Of a stretch of 64,000 nt of DNA, positions 1 to 9,794 are shown in pieces; the first letter of the stretch is position 1; every line of letters starts with the position of its first letter. The stretch is from Candidatus Latescibacterota bacterium (GTDB lineage: Bacteria > Latescibacterota > UBA2968 > UBA8231): the NCBI GenBank assembly GCA_965217585.1, contig OZ244561.1, forward strand, positions 4,544,001 to 4,608,000, given 5' to 3'. The notes under the pieces are model-generated. The model did no database searches. It worked only from the letters and a program-made list of their open reading frames with translations, and had not been told where the DNA came from. The position numbers and the translations under genes were made by a program.

Positions 1-1
1 T

Positions 2-2332
2 TCCGATGTTGACTTGCTCTTCCTGTTCGCCAAGAGCCAAGACAAGGTTCCCGAAGTGGTCGCCGGCGTATTCAATCCGCTCTGGGACTTGGGGTTTGAG
101 GTGGGGCACAGCAGTCGCACGTTGGACGAGGTGGTCCGGGCGGTGCGCGAAGATTTGGAGTCGCGCACGGCGATGATGGACGGCCGCCTACTGGCTGGCG
201 ACGCCGCGCTTTTCGCCCAGTTCCAAAAGCAGCTCTACAAGCGCGTGCCCAAGCGCACGATCACCGAGCTGAATCGGCTGCGCCAGCAGCGGCTCGAAGC
301 GCGGCAGTCCGTCCAGCTTTTAGAGCCGAATGTCAAGGAGAGTCCCGGGGGCCTGCGCGAGATGCAGATGTTCGAGTGGGCGCTCAAGGCCAAGGCCAAA
401 GCGCCCGAGTGCGGCGATTTGTGCGCGCAGTATCTCGATGGCGGCAGTGAGAGTCTCGCCAAGAGCCGCGCCTTCCTCTGGCGAGTGCGGCACGCGCTCC
501 ACTTTGCCGTGGGCCGCAAGCGCGATGTGCTAGAGCACGATCTCAAGCCGAAGATCGCGGCCGCCTTGGGCTATGAGGACCAAGATCAAGAGTTGGCGGC
601 CGAGTGCTTTATGCGCGATTACTACCTACATGCGCGCACTGTGTACCACCTAGTGGAGCGGGCCTTCCAGCGGTTGACGCGCAAGCCGCGCAACAGCAGC
701 CGCAGCATGTATCTAGAGCGCGGCGTGGCCGCGGTGGAAGGGGAGATCGTCCTCACCGATGACGAGGCGTACTTTGCCGCTGATCCCCTACGCCTGCTGA
801 AGATTTTCTTTACGGCTCAGAGCAAGAGCTTGAAGCTGAGCGATCAGGTGCAGTGTGCGGTGCGCGCCAGTCTGCCGCTGATCGACGACGAATTCAGACG
901 CCTGCCAGCGGCCCGCGACTTGTTCTTCAAGATACTCAAGCGCAAATACCGCACGGCGCGCACCCTCCGGCGCATGCACGACCTAGGAGTCTTGGGCGCG
1001 TACTTGCCCGAGTTTGGGCGGCTGACCTGCTTGGTCCAATACGACATTTACCACATCTACACAGTCGATGAGCACACGCTGGTCGCGCTGGAAAACTTGG
1101 AAGCCCTCGGTCAGAAGGAGGGGAGCATGTCGGCGATCCTCGCCCAATGTACGCGCCGCGACCTGCTGTTCTTCGCCGTGCTCTTGCACGATGTGGGCAA
1201 GTGGAAGCGCAACGACCACATCGCGCGCGGCATTGAGATGACCGAGGAGCTGAGCGAGCGGATGGGGCTGGACCAAGAGGAGCGGTCCATGCTGCGCTTC
1301 CTCGTGAAGCACCACCAAGACATGGTGCTGATCTCTAGGCGGCGCAATCTCGACGACTACGAGATGATCGCCGAGTTCGCCGGTTTGTTCGCCAGCGAGG
1401 AATGGCTGCGCGCTCTCTACTTGGTTTCATACGCCGACCTGTCGGCTGTTGCGCCCGACGCTTGGACCGACTGGCAAGGGGCTTTGCTGTGGGAATTGTA
1501 CCACAAGACGGCCGAGCAATTGCACTCGGACATGCAGGCTCTAGAGGCCAAACAGCGCGCGCGCCAGAAGCTCAACGAGCACCTCGATCACATCGAGGGC
1601 CGCTGGTCGGCCCAGCGGGTCGTCCAGTTCCAAGAGCACATTGAGCAGCTATCCCCCAGCTACTTGGTGGCCTACGACCGCGAGCAAATCAAGGTGCATC
1701 TGGAGATGATCGCCCGCCTGGGCCGCGAGCAGCCTTTTGTCTTGGAATTCATCGAGCACGAGGGGCACACCGAGATCGTCGTCTGCACCCGTGACCAGCG
1801 CCAGATCATGGCCAAGATCTGCGGCGCTTTGGCCGTCAACGACATCAACATCCTCCGCGCGGATGTCAATACCCGCGCTGACGACGTCGTGCTCGACATT
1901 TTCCAGGTGACCGACATCGACGACAGCCCGGTGCTGCCCGACTGGAAGAAGGAGCGCATGCGCGAGCGGGTGGCCGAGGTTATTTCGCTGCGGCTCAAGG
2001 CCCGCGACTTGATAGCGCGCTACAGCAGCAGTTGGGATCGCCGCCGTCGGCAGCGGCAGTACGACCAGCCGCCTCGCATCGCGTTCGACAATCAGATTTC
2101 GGCCCGCTACACAGTTGTCGATATCGAAGCCCAAGACACCGTGGGTCTGCTCTACAGAATCGCGTACCTGCTGGACGAGCTGGATCTCAACATTCACCGC
2201 GCCATTATCAATACGGTGGCGGCGCGGGCGCAAGACGCCTTCTACATCGTCGATGCCGAGGGGCAGAAAATCGCCAGCTACGAAGAACTCGACCGGATAC
2301 AGCAGTACCTGCTCGACGGGCTGGCGTCTTAA
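2..2332 (+). CDS. glnD: [protein-PII] uridylyltransferase GlnD (5' end outside window)
   Basis: Frame is open from the window edge (SDVDLLFL, NTase motif); NVKESPGGLR, HD domain (YHIYTVDEHT, LLHDVGK) and two C-terminal ACT domains. Confidence 0.95.
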   Translation, partial: SDVDLLFLFAKSQDKVPEVVAGVFNPLWDLGFEVGHSSRTLDEVVRAVREDLESRTAMMDGRLLAGDAALFAQFQKQLYKRVPKRTITELNRLRQQRLEARQSVQLLEPNVKESPGGLREMQMFEWALKAKAKAPECGDLCAQYLDGGSESLAKSRAFLWRVRHALHFAVGRKRDVLEHDLKPKIAAALGYEDQDQELAAECFMRDYYLHARTVYHLVERAFQRLTRKPRNSSRSMYLERGVAAVEGEIVLTDDEAYFAADPLRLLKIFFTAQSKSLKLSDQVQCAVRASLPLIDDEFRRLPAARDLFFKILKRKYRTARTLRRMHDLGVLGAYLPEFGRLTCLVQYDIYHIYTVDEHTLVALENLEALGQKEGSMSAILAQCTRRDLLFFAVLLHDVGKWKRNDHIARGIEMTEELSERMGLDQEERSMLRFLVKHHQDMVLISRRRNLDDYEMIAEFAGLFASEEWLRALYLVSYADLSAVAPDAWTDWQGALLWELYHKTAEQLHSDMQALEAKQRARQKLNEHLDHIEGRWSAQRVVQFQEHIEQLSPSYLVAYDREQIKVHLEMIARLGREQPFVLEFIEHEGHTEIVVCTRDQRQIMAKICGALAVNDINILRADVNTRADDVVLDIFQVTDIDDSPVLPDWKKERMRERVAEVISLRLKARDLIARYSSSWDRRRRQRQYDQPPRIAFDNQISARYTVVDIEAQDTVGLLYRIAYLLDELDLNIHRAIINTVAARAQDAFYIVDAEGQKIASYEELDRIQQYLLDGLAS

Positions 2333-2898
2333 TGCTCAAAGAAGGTCAACTCGTCAAAGCCATTCCCCTAGAAGGGGGACAGGTGCTATGCCGCTATCCG
2401 CGCTGGCAGGACATACCCTCGTACGTCGAAATGTGCCAGATTCTGCACCGCGAGCGGGTGCGGGCCTATCACGCTGATACGGATTTCGCCCTGGGCTGCC
2501 AACGCTTGGCCCAGATCATGGTCGAAGTCGAGACAGGTCAGGCCTCCCACCTTTTGCTGGAGGTGGATGGACGCATTATCGGCGAGGGCCGCATGGCCCC
2601 TCACAACCGGGTCATGGGGATTTTAGGAATCAAAATCATCGGCGAGTACCAGGGTCGGCACTTGGGCACGGCGCTGATGGGAGTTTTGGAGGAAGAGGCG
2701 CGCAAAATGGAGCTGCAGCAGATCTACCTGACTGTATTCGCCAATAACACCTCTGCCCGCCGTTTGTACGAAAAGGTCGGTTACCGGCAAGTGGGGCGCA
2801 TTGCCGAATGGTTCAGTGAAGAGGACGAAGACGGTCCTATTGCACTGGTGGACAGAATAGATATGATGAAACGCATAGAGCCGGAGACTCGAGAATGA
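2332..2898 (+). CDS. GNAT family N-acetyltransferase
   Basis: ATG overlaps the glnD stop (TAATG); acetyl-CoA motif YQGRHLGTALM and NTSARRLYEKVGY. Confidence 0.85.
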   Translation: MLKEGQLVKAIPLEGGQVLCRYPRWQDIPSYVEMCQILHRERVRAYHADTDFALGCQRLAQIMVEVETGQASHLLLEVDGRIIGEGRMAPHNRVMGILGIKIIGEYQGRHLGTALMGVLEEEARKMELQQIYLTVFANNTSARRLYEKVGYRQVGRIAEWFSEEDEDGPIALVDRIDMMKRIEPETRE

Positions 2899-2927
2899 AG
2901 ACACCTGCGATCATTTTCACCGACAAC

Positions 2928-2940
2928 GGCTGGCGTCTTA
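2928..2940 (+). repeat. 13-bp copy of the glnD 3' end (GGCTGGCGTCTTA, also at 2319-2331)
   Basis: Exact match seen, just downstream of the GNAT gene. Confidence 0.6.
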
Positions 2941-2967
2941 GATCTGTAAATTCATAGAGGAGACCAA

Positions 2968-3381
2968 ATGTCAGAGCATCTCAAGCCAACCTGCAAAGTG
3001 ATTCGTGGCCGAGAAACCTACGAAGGCAAACAGGCACTCTCCTATATTTCGGGGATCGCAGCCGAGACCACCGGCTCGCAGGGGATTTGCATGCACCTGC
3101 TGAACATGCCTCCTAAAGAACGAGCGAAGGCACACCTGCACGAAAACCACGAGACAGCTATTTATGTCATCAGCGGCCAAGCTGGAATGTGGTATGGCGA
3201 GCGGCTGGAGGAGCATGAATCCATCAACAGCGGCGACTTTGTTTACATCCCCGCCGGCATCCCTCACCTTCCCTACAATCCCAGCGAGACTGAGACCTGC
3301 ACTGCTGTGATCGCCCGGACGGATCCCAACGAACAAGAGAGCGTTAAACTCTTACCCGAACTGGACGGGATACACTGCTAG
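2968..3381 (+). CDS. Cupin domain protein
   Basis: AHLHENHETAIYVISG and GDFVYIPAGIPH cupin motifs; GAGGAG RBS. Confidence 0.9.
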   Translation: MSEHLKPTCKVIRGRETYEGKQALSYISGIAAETTGSQGICMHLLNMPPKERAKAHLHENHETAIYVISGQAGMWYGERLEEHESINSGDFVYIPAGIPHLPYNPSETETCTAVIARTDPNEQESVKLLPELDGIHC

Positions 3382-3407
3382 ACAAAGGCGGGAAGGGAAG
3401 GTGCTCT

Positions 3408-3806
3408 ATGAGCGACGTTAAATGCGCGAGGATGCTGCTGGATGCGGCTGAGCGCAATGTCGCGGCACTTCGCGTCATGTGCCGTTCCGACGAAATCTCC
3501 GACGAGATTTTCGGCTTTCACGTTCAGCAGGCCGCCGAGAAGCTGTCCAAGGCTTGGATCTCACTGCTGGGCGAGGTGTATCCGCTGACCGACAATATCG
3601 AAAGATTGCTCAATCTCCTCGCCGATCAAGGCGTCGCTGTAGAGTCCTTCCGCAAGCTGATCGATTACACTCCATACGCCGTCGAGTTCCGTTATACAGG
3701 TGTCGGCTCAAGTACCGAAGCAATCGATCGCGCTGGTGCGCTCGCGATCGTCGAATCGTTGCTGGAGCAGGTTCGGCGGCGGTTGGCAGAGGTGGAGGGG
3801 GTGTGA
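3408..3806 (+). CDS. HEPN domain protein (orphan, no adjacent nucleotidyltransferase)
   Basis: FHVQQAAEKLSKAW...YAVEFRY HEPN pattern; usual THDL motif reads TDNI. Confidence 0.8.
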   Translation: MSDVKCARMLLDAAERNVAALRVMCRSDEISDEIFGFHVQQAAEKLSKAWISLLGEVYPLTDNIERLLNLLADQGVAVESFRKLIDYTPYAVEFRYTGVGSSTEAIDRAGALAIVESLLEQVRRRLAEVEGV

Positions 3807-4020
3807 TGGAAATGCTGATTTCGTAGTCGATGCGATTCAGCAGAAGATGAACAGTCTTTAGGCATTCAACAGGGTGCTATAAGTCAAAGGTGTCCTGCGA
3901 AAAGAAGTGGAAAAACTCGAAATTTCCCTTCCTTCATTTTTAATCCAACAGAAATTTGCAGACTCGGTTTCTGATATTATGAGATTAGAAGCCGACCGAT
4001 TCGAGGCATACCGCCACTTA

Positions 4021-4890
4021 GAAGCTGTTGAGTTATTCAGATGCATTTAGCGACCGTACTCTTTATCATGGCAATACGAATCATGTTCTCTGCGGATTGG
4101 GTGAGGATTTCGAAGTCTTTCGCCAAGCGTCGAAATCCACCCAACCAAGCCAAGGTTCGTTCGATGATCCAGCGTTTGGGCACCACTTGGAACCCTTGGG
4201 TTGGTTTATCCGCTATATCGAGTCGCAACCCCAACAGGTTTTCAACGAATTCAACGGTGGTACCGCGATAGCCTTGGTCGCCGCAGAAGGCTTCGACCGA
4301 ATCATACTTTTCCGCGACCCGATCACATACGTCCCATCCTTGGCTGGTATCGGCCACATGGGCGGCATGTACTTGGATGGTCAGCATATTACCCAGCGTA
4401 TCGGTGGCGAGGTGGCGTTTACGTCCTTTGATCTTTTTTCCCCCCATCCACGCCTCGATCCTGACTGGCATATTGGGTTTTAACCGATTGCGAATCGATC
4501 AAGGCATAGGTCGGATGTTCGTTTTTGCCCTGCTTGTGACGGGCGCGCTCATTCAGCGCGTCCAAGGCTTGTTCCCACACGCCACGCTGATTCCAGCGTC
4601 GGTAATGGTCATAGACGGTATCCCAAGGGGGAAAATCAAGCGGCAGCATCCGCCACGGAATACCCCCTTTGACGACATATAAAATGGCATTGACCACCTC
4701 GCGTTTGGCATACTTGCCGGGGTTGCCCCGGGGATCAGGACGGTCGAAAAACCCCGCGATCAGGGCCCATTCTGGATCAGTCAAGTCACTTGGATACCCG
4801 CCCATACTAAAAGCCTCCCTGCGCAAAAAAGACAGCAAGCAATACATTATACATACAATACATACAGAGCTTTTTTAACTCAACAGCTTC
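4021..4890 (-). mobile_element. IS5-family insertion sequence (IS1031-like), 870 bp
   Basis: Perfect 15-bp TIRs GAAGCTGTTGAGTTA (4021-4035) / TAACTCAACAGCTTC (4876-4890); TTA target duplication at 4018-4020 and 4891-4893. Confidence 0.95.
4037..4805 (-). CDS. IS5 transposase in two reading frames joined at GGGGGGAAAAAAG
   Basis: ORF A YPSDLTDPEW...WRMLPLDFPPWDTVY...IDSQSVK; ORF B GKKIKGRKRHLATDTLG...KRWIIERTLAWL; a +1 shift is needed at GGKK. Confidence 0.9.
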
Positions 4891-5049
4891 TTAGAGACTC
4901 TATTTCAGGCCAGCCTCCACAGTACTTTCTCCGGTGACCTGACCACCTATTGGCGCGAGGCACATAAGGAGGAACTGCTCCAAGAAAGATAGAGCGGCAG
5001 GCTAAAGAAATCTCTCACGTAGAAACGAAACTGGGGTAATTCCAGTAAT

Positions 5050-8000
5050 ATGTCTTTGAACACAGCAGAGTTGGACAACCAAGAAAAACTCAAGGAAGAG
5101 CTACAAAACGCCCAAGAAGCGTCCAAGCTCGAACGTCTCGCGGCTGCTTTGCTTAGTCGTCTTCTCGACGTGCCGATTGCGGTCGCCAAATCCGGCTTTC
5201 AACATGGCGCGGATGCTGGTCCGGCTGGACAGCAAGGGCGACGGTTTCGGGTGGAATGCAAGAAGTATAGTGATAACAGTAGCTTGAGTGAACGAGAACT
5301 ACTTGGGGAGATTGACCAAGCGCTAGCGCGGGATGAGGCCCTTGAAGCTTGGGTTCTGGTTGTGACCTGTAGCGTTTCAGAACAGATCCGGCAATCGCTT
5401 GATCAGCATGGCGAACAGATGGGTGTCCCCATCGTGATTATCGCTTGGATAGATCAAGATCACGAAGTGGCACCGCTTGCAGCATTGTGTGCATTCGCTC
5501 CTGATTTGGTCGAGAAAGAATTCTCAAAGGAAGCTGGCGCGGCGGCTCGCTCCCTTCAAGCCATATCAGAGGGAGCAATCGAAAGGTTGCGACGCGACTT
5601 GCAGTCTTGGTGTTTGGGGTTTGAAGCAATACGGATGCGCTCTCACGATAAGCTCGATAAGATTTGGAACTCGCCGCAAGAATCAAAGGCTGCAATCGGA
5701 CAAGACGCGGCTGGGGGCGCTCAAAATAAGAAGGTCAAACGTAGCGCAGTACATGAGGCACTGAATGCGTGGTGGCAAGGACCGGCTCGGGATGGTGCCC
5801 CGGCTGCTGTAGTCGGATTGGAAGGGACCGGCAAGACATGGGCGACTTTCCACTGGTTGATCGACAGTAAGGACACGCAACCAATTGTTCTGATAACGCC
5901 ATCCTCTGCGGTAGCCGCCATCGGAAATGTCTCCGAAACCATCGTGAAACAACTCCTAGCGGATAGCCTTCACGAGATGAGCGGGATACGGGATCGGGAA
6001 CACTGGCTCCGCCGGCTCGATTATCTACTTAAACGTCCGATCTGTGAAGGACCAGTCCTGACCATATTCTTCGATGGCCTGAACCAAGAGCCTTCCGTTC
6101 AATGGCTACGACTCTTGCAAGTTTTGCAAGGCGAGACGTTTGGGGAACGCGTAAGGGTAATCGTCAGCACTCGCAATCATCATTTTGAAGAAAAGTTGTC
6201 AGGGCTTCGCGACCTCGTCGTACTAGCCAAGCGGGTTGACGTAAATCTCTATGATACGGCACCCGGGAGCGAACTCGACCAAATGCTTGAGTTCGAGAAT
6301 CTCACGCAGGCCGACTTGCGTCCTGATGTGCTTGAGTTGGCGAGTAACCCCCGTCTTTTCAAGCTCGTAGTACGTTTTCGAGAAAATCTGACTGGGACAG
6401 GTCGAATGACAGGCCACCGCCTGTTGTGGGAGTACGGACGCGACACTTCCGGGATTCTGGCTGGCAGGTCGTTCAGTGAGAGCGAGTGGAGAGAATGGCT
6501 CAAGGAAATTGCTCAGAAACGTCGGAAAGGTATTAAAGAATACTCAGAGAAGTCGCTCGTCGCGACGGTGAACCGTCCAGATCTGAATAAAAACGAAGTG
6601 TATGCACGACTCAGCGACATAATTGACGGTCGGTTCGCCACACGTAGCGCATCGGGCGACCTGCAACTCACTCCTGCGGTCATTTCACATGCCCTCGGCG
6701 TTGCGCTTCTGAACGATCTTGATCAAGTAAACTCGCCAACTTTTGAAACCTTAGATGCCACGTTGGCAGAATGGCTTGATCCCATCGCGGGTCTTGATGA
6801 ACAAGTGGAAATCCTGCGTGCGGCGGTGTCAATTTTGGTAGAGCAGGGACGAGCGTCAGAGGCACCTGTTCCCGGAGTGCTCGTTACGGCATGGCTGCAA
6901 AGCCAGAATACACCCGACGAGCATCGCCAAGAACTTGCCGATCTTGCCCCGCATTTTCCGAATGCTCTACTCGACGCGATCGAATATTCGAATAGTCACG
7001 CTCACAATTCCGCTAGAGTTTGGGCCGTGAACGCGCTGAGTACAATCCCGCGAGACGATAGCGCAGTCCTTGATATGATTGTCAAACGGTCCTGCTGCTG
7101 GCTGGGCGTTGTCGCCTGTGACAGCGATAGGCAGTCGGATAGGCTTAAACGCCTGATCGGTATCGATACCCCGGGTCCGATTACGGTCGTCGACGTCGAT
7201 CTCAAACTGGTCGATCAGTCCTCTAGCTTGATGAAAGCTGTAGTGCCTTTGATCGTCGAAGGCTTTCCGTTGGCTGACGCACTGCCGATTTTCGAGACAG
7301 CAGCCGTTGCGTTAGCGGTCGGAGATCGCAGTAGTTGTTGGGATGGTCTGAAGTGGCTCTGCCTGCTCAACGAAGTTGATTCCAATGAAACGGCGACGGC
7401 TTTACGTGGATTGTCAGAAGAAGTCAGCCGCCGCCAGCCAGAACAGGGCGTACATCCGGATCTTCCGAAGCGCATTGCTGCGCTCCTGCTGTGGCTGACA
7501 GGTCAGGACGAGGACGAGGACGCTGCTGTGTCTATAGATCCCGGCATTGGCCGCCCGCTCACCTATAAGAAAGACTATCTGCCACAGCCCGGTCGAAGCA
7601 TGTTCCCGCTGGAGCGGCGACATGCACACAGCGTCCTCACCGACACAGAACTACCTCTACACTCCCGCGTACAGCGGACCGAAGAGCTATGGCTTGATCC
7701 GAGTTTTGGTCCGCCAGCGAGTTTTGTTGAAGAAGTTTGCGCCGCAGCGACCTGTATTGATGTTGAGAAGTTGAACCGACACGGAGATCTCACTTCTGAG
7801 GATGATGACTTTGAAAGACTGGAACCGGTGCTGGCTCGATGTGCGCCGGATCTGCTCGCGGATCTAATCCGCCGCAAGATGCGGAGTATGGCTACCTGTC
7901 CGCCGGAGTCTAGGCACTGGAGCGCTATCCACGCTACCGAGCACCTAGTGCTGGCGGGCGAGGATGAGGCGGCAGCAGCGAGAGCGTTACGTCTGAATGT

Positions 8001-9465
8001 AGAGGATGAAGATGATGATGCTTCTGACGCCAATAACCTCCTGTTGATAGAGATCCGAAATCTGGATGCACAGGACCAATTCGACGAATTAATTCATGCG
8101 GATTTGAAGTACATCTCGACCAACTTCGCCAAAATCGTGCGTCCTCCGACACCGAATGATGTCGATGGCCTGATCGCTCGCTATGCCGATGGATCACTCA
8201 AACAGCAACGCGACCTGCTCACTCTATTGTCGATCCACCCGGTTGAACTCACGGACACGGCTTGGTCATGGGTTGAAAGATGTGCGAAATGTCAAGACAA
8301 GGATTCTCGCGGATTTGCCTTCCGAATTCTAACCCATGCTGATCCAGTGCGGTCCGGTCAAACGCTTGAGACTGATGGTTGGTCTTGGAGCCGGGACGAG
8401 CATGACTGGGTCAACGATTACGGAACGGACGCCCTTATCAAGGCCACGCTGGATATTCCTTTCGACGACCTAGCACCAAGACTGGCACCTTGGTGGTTGC
8501 TGGAAGCTGTTCGTCAACGTGGAGCTGACCCCACCGAAGTAAGGCTGGCAGCTAAAATCTTCGGTCAATTACTCGATGGGAAGCATCGCGCGGAAGCTAT
8601 CTCCTATTGCGCGGAGGATTTCGTTCCCGTCCTGCAACATGCACCTGATATTGTCGAACAGTGGCTTGAGGGTTGCACTGAGGTCACGACAGATTTTCAG
8701 CACCGTATTTTTTTTGCTGGAAGAGCTTATATTGCGCTCTGCGAGGCCCTCCTTGCACACGCCCCGATGCAGGGCGCGCAGTTGTGTCGTACTCTTTGCA
8801 CTCCCATGATAACACAATATATCGGAGGCGTAGAAAATCTCTTATATATAGTCTTTCGCGTTCCAGACTCACCTACAGTAACGGCGCTCCGAGACGAACT
8901 GGCTGGGTTAGAACATTGCCATACCAATCAGGCACTATTCAATCTGGCAATCGCTGCGTCTTATAACGGTAAGGACGATTGGCTCGCCACTCTCATTGGG
9001 CAAGATAAAGCATCGAAATTCGCTTGGCGACGGGAACGCGCCGCAGTCCTCGCGAGATTCACCGTGAACAATAAGCTACCGGTCGACGACGCTTGGCCTA
9101 ATGGGGAAATCAAAACTGGCTACGCCAATCTTGCTCAGAAAGCAGCACGTTATAGGTGGGCTGAGGCATGTGCCCGCCACTGGTGGCGAGCCTATCTTGC
9201 GTCCTCTGATCCGACTGAGGCTTACGCCGCTTGGGTTTTATTTTTGCGCTCGGCGGATCGTCGTTGTCGGGTCTGGATGAAACAAGATGTTGAAGCTGCA
9301 CAAGAATCGGACGACTTCTTCAAGCTCAAGATGATCCATGCTCGACTTAATCAAGGAAAGCTAGAGAATGCTTTGAAGAAGCGCGAGGACAAGCTCGACA
9401 AGAACTTTTTGGATCGTCGGATTTTTGCGGGTGTAGGCCCTTGGCCAATATACGTGCCGAGTTAG
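5050..9465 (+). CDS. Restriction-endonuclease-like / STAND-NACHT-type ATPase fusion (Avs-like defence candidate), 1471 aa
   Basis: N-terminal PD-(D/E)xK-like QHGADAG...VECKKY; Walker A GLEGTGKT; Walker B IFFDGLNQ; long helical C-terminus; AT-richer than flanks. Confidence 0.75.
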   Translation: MSLNTAELDNQEKLKEELQNAQEASKLERLAAALLSRLLDVPIAVAKSGFQHGADAGPAGQQGRRFRVECKKYSDNSSLSERELLGEIDQALARDEALEAWVLVVTCSVSEQIRQSLDQHGEQMGVPIVIIAWIDQDHEVAPLAALCAFAPDLVEKEFSKEAGAAARSLQAISEGAIERLRRDLQSWCLGFEAIRMRSHDKLDKIWNSPQESKAAIGQDAAGGAQNKKVKRSAVHEALNAWWQGPARDGAPAAVVGLEGTGKTWATFHWLIDSKDTQPIVLITPSSAVAAIGNVSETIVKQLLADSLHEMSGIRDREHWLRRLDYLLKRPICEGPVLTIFFDGLNQEPSVQWLRLLQVLQGETFGERVRVIVSTRNHHFEEKLSGLRDLVVLAKRVDVNLYDTAPGSELDQMLEFENLTQADLRPDVLELASNPRLFKLVVRFRENLTGTGRMTGHRLLWEYGRDTSGILAGRSFSESEWREWLKEIAQKRRKGIKEYSEKSLVATVNRPDLNKNEVYARLSDIIDGRFATRSASGDLQLTPAVISHALGVALLNDLDQVNSPTFETLDATLAEWLDPIAGLDEQVEILRAAVSILVEQGRASEAPVPGVLVTAWLQSQNTPDEHRQELADLAPHFPNALLDAIEYSNSHAHNSARVWAVNALSTIPRDDSAVLDMIVKRSCCWLGVVACDSDRQSDRLKRLIGIDTPGPITVVDVDLKLVDQSSSLMKAVVPLIVEGFPLADALPIFETAAVALAVGDRSSCWDGLKWLCLLNEVDSNETATALRGLSEEVSRRQPEQGVHPDLPKRIAALLLWLTGQDEDEDAAVSIDPGIGRPLTYKKDYLPQPGRSMFPLERRHAHSVLTDTELPLHSRVQRTEELWLDPSFGPPASFVEEVCAAATCIDVEKLNRHGDLTSEDDDFERLEPVLARCAPDLLADLIRRKMRSMATCPPESRHWSAIHATEHLVLAGEDEAAAARALRLNVEDEDDDASDANNLLLIEIRNLDAQDQFDELIHADLKYISTNFAKIVRPPTPNDVDGLIARYADGSLKQQRDLLTLLSIHPVELTDTAWSWVERCAKCQDKDSRGFAFRILTHADPVRSGQTLETDGWSWSRDEHDWVNDYGTDALIKATLDIPFDDLAPRLAPWWLLEAVRQRGADPTEVRLAAKIFGQLLDGKHRAEAISYCAEDFVPVLQHAPDIVEQWLEGCTEVTTDFQHRIFFAGRAYIALCEALLAHAPMQGAQLCRTLCTPMITQYIGGVENLLYIVFRVPDSPTVTALRDELAGLEHCHTNQALFNLAIAASYNGKDDWLATLIGQDKASKFAWRRERAAVLARFTVNNKLPVDDAWPNGEIKTGYANLAQKAARYRWAEACARHWWRAYLASSDPTEAYAAWVLFLRSADRRCRVWMKQDVEAAQESDDFFKLKMIHARLNQGKLENALKKREDKLDKNFLDRRIFAGVGPWPIYVPS

Positions 9466-9529
9466 GGCGGTTAAGGCGTTCTTACCTCGCTACAAGACCT
9501 GAAGACCGCTAAGTGCAACTGTCAAACCC

Positions 9530-9556
9530 TAGCGCAAAAAGAGCAGTGTGCTCGTC
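9530..9556 (-). repeat. Copy of the 3' end of the DUF2330 gene (TAGCGCAAAAAGAGCA, also 11588-11603)
   Basis: 16-bp exact match, extending to 27 bp with 4 mismatches; reads LLFLR-stop on the minus strand in both places. Confidence 0.75.
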
Positions 9557-9575
9557 CGTACTGTCTATTACCTAA

Positions 9576-9675
9576 GAGGCCCTAACAAAACTGGATTCCC
9601 GCTTTCGCGGGAATGACATGGGTGGGCGGGACGCCCGCGTTCCGAGGATCGCCTAGCAGGTTTTGTTAGAATCTC
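9576..9675. mobile_element. MITE-like element, 100 bp, containing an ATTCCCGC-TTTC-GCGGGAAT hairpin
   Basis: Imperfect TIRs GAGGCCCTAACAAAAC / GTTTTGTTAGAATCTC (13/16); TAA duplicated at 9573-9575 and 9676-9678. Confidence 0.7.
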
Positions 9676-9794
9676 TAAGTGTGGACATGCCTAGGAGATG
9701 GCACTAGATTGAAATGATTCGCAAAACGAGCGACAACGGCCTAGACCTCGACCCCGTGACCCAAAATTTGGAATAGGAACGCCGGAGATATAAG

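Larger units (their letters stand above)
3883..5020 (+). pseudogene. hsdS: C-terminal remnant of type I R-M specificity subunit, interrupted by IS5
   Basis: Removing the IS restores VEKLEISLPSFLIQQKFADSV...RHLETLFQASLHSTFSGDLTTYWREAHKEELLQE, a typical HsdS conserved C-terminal helix; no 5' part present. Confidence 0.75.

Noticed and set aside
9466-9492. Possible copy of the cupin gene 3' end after the Avs-like gene
   Set aside because: Only short gapped similarity (GTTAA...TCTTACC), not above chance
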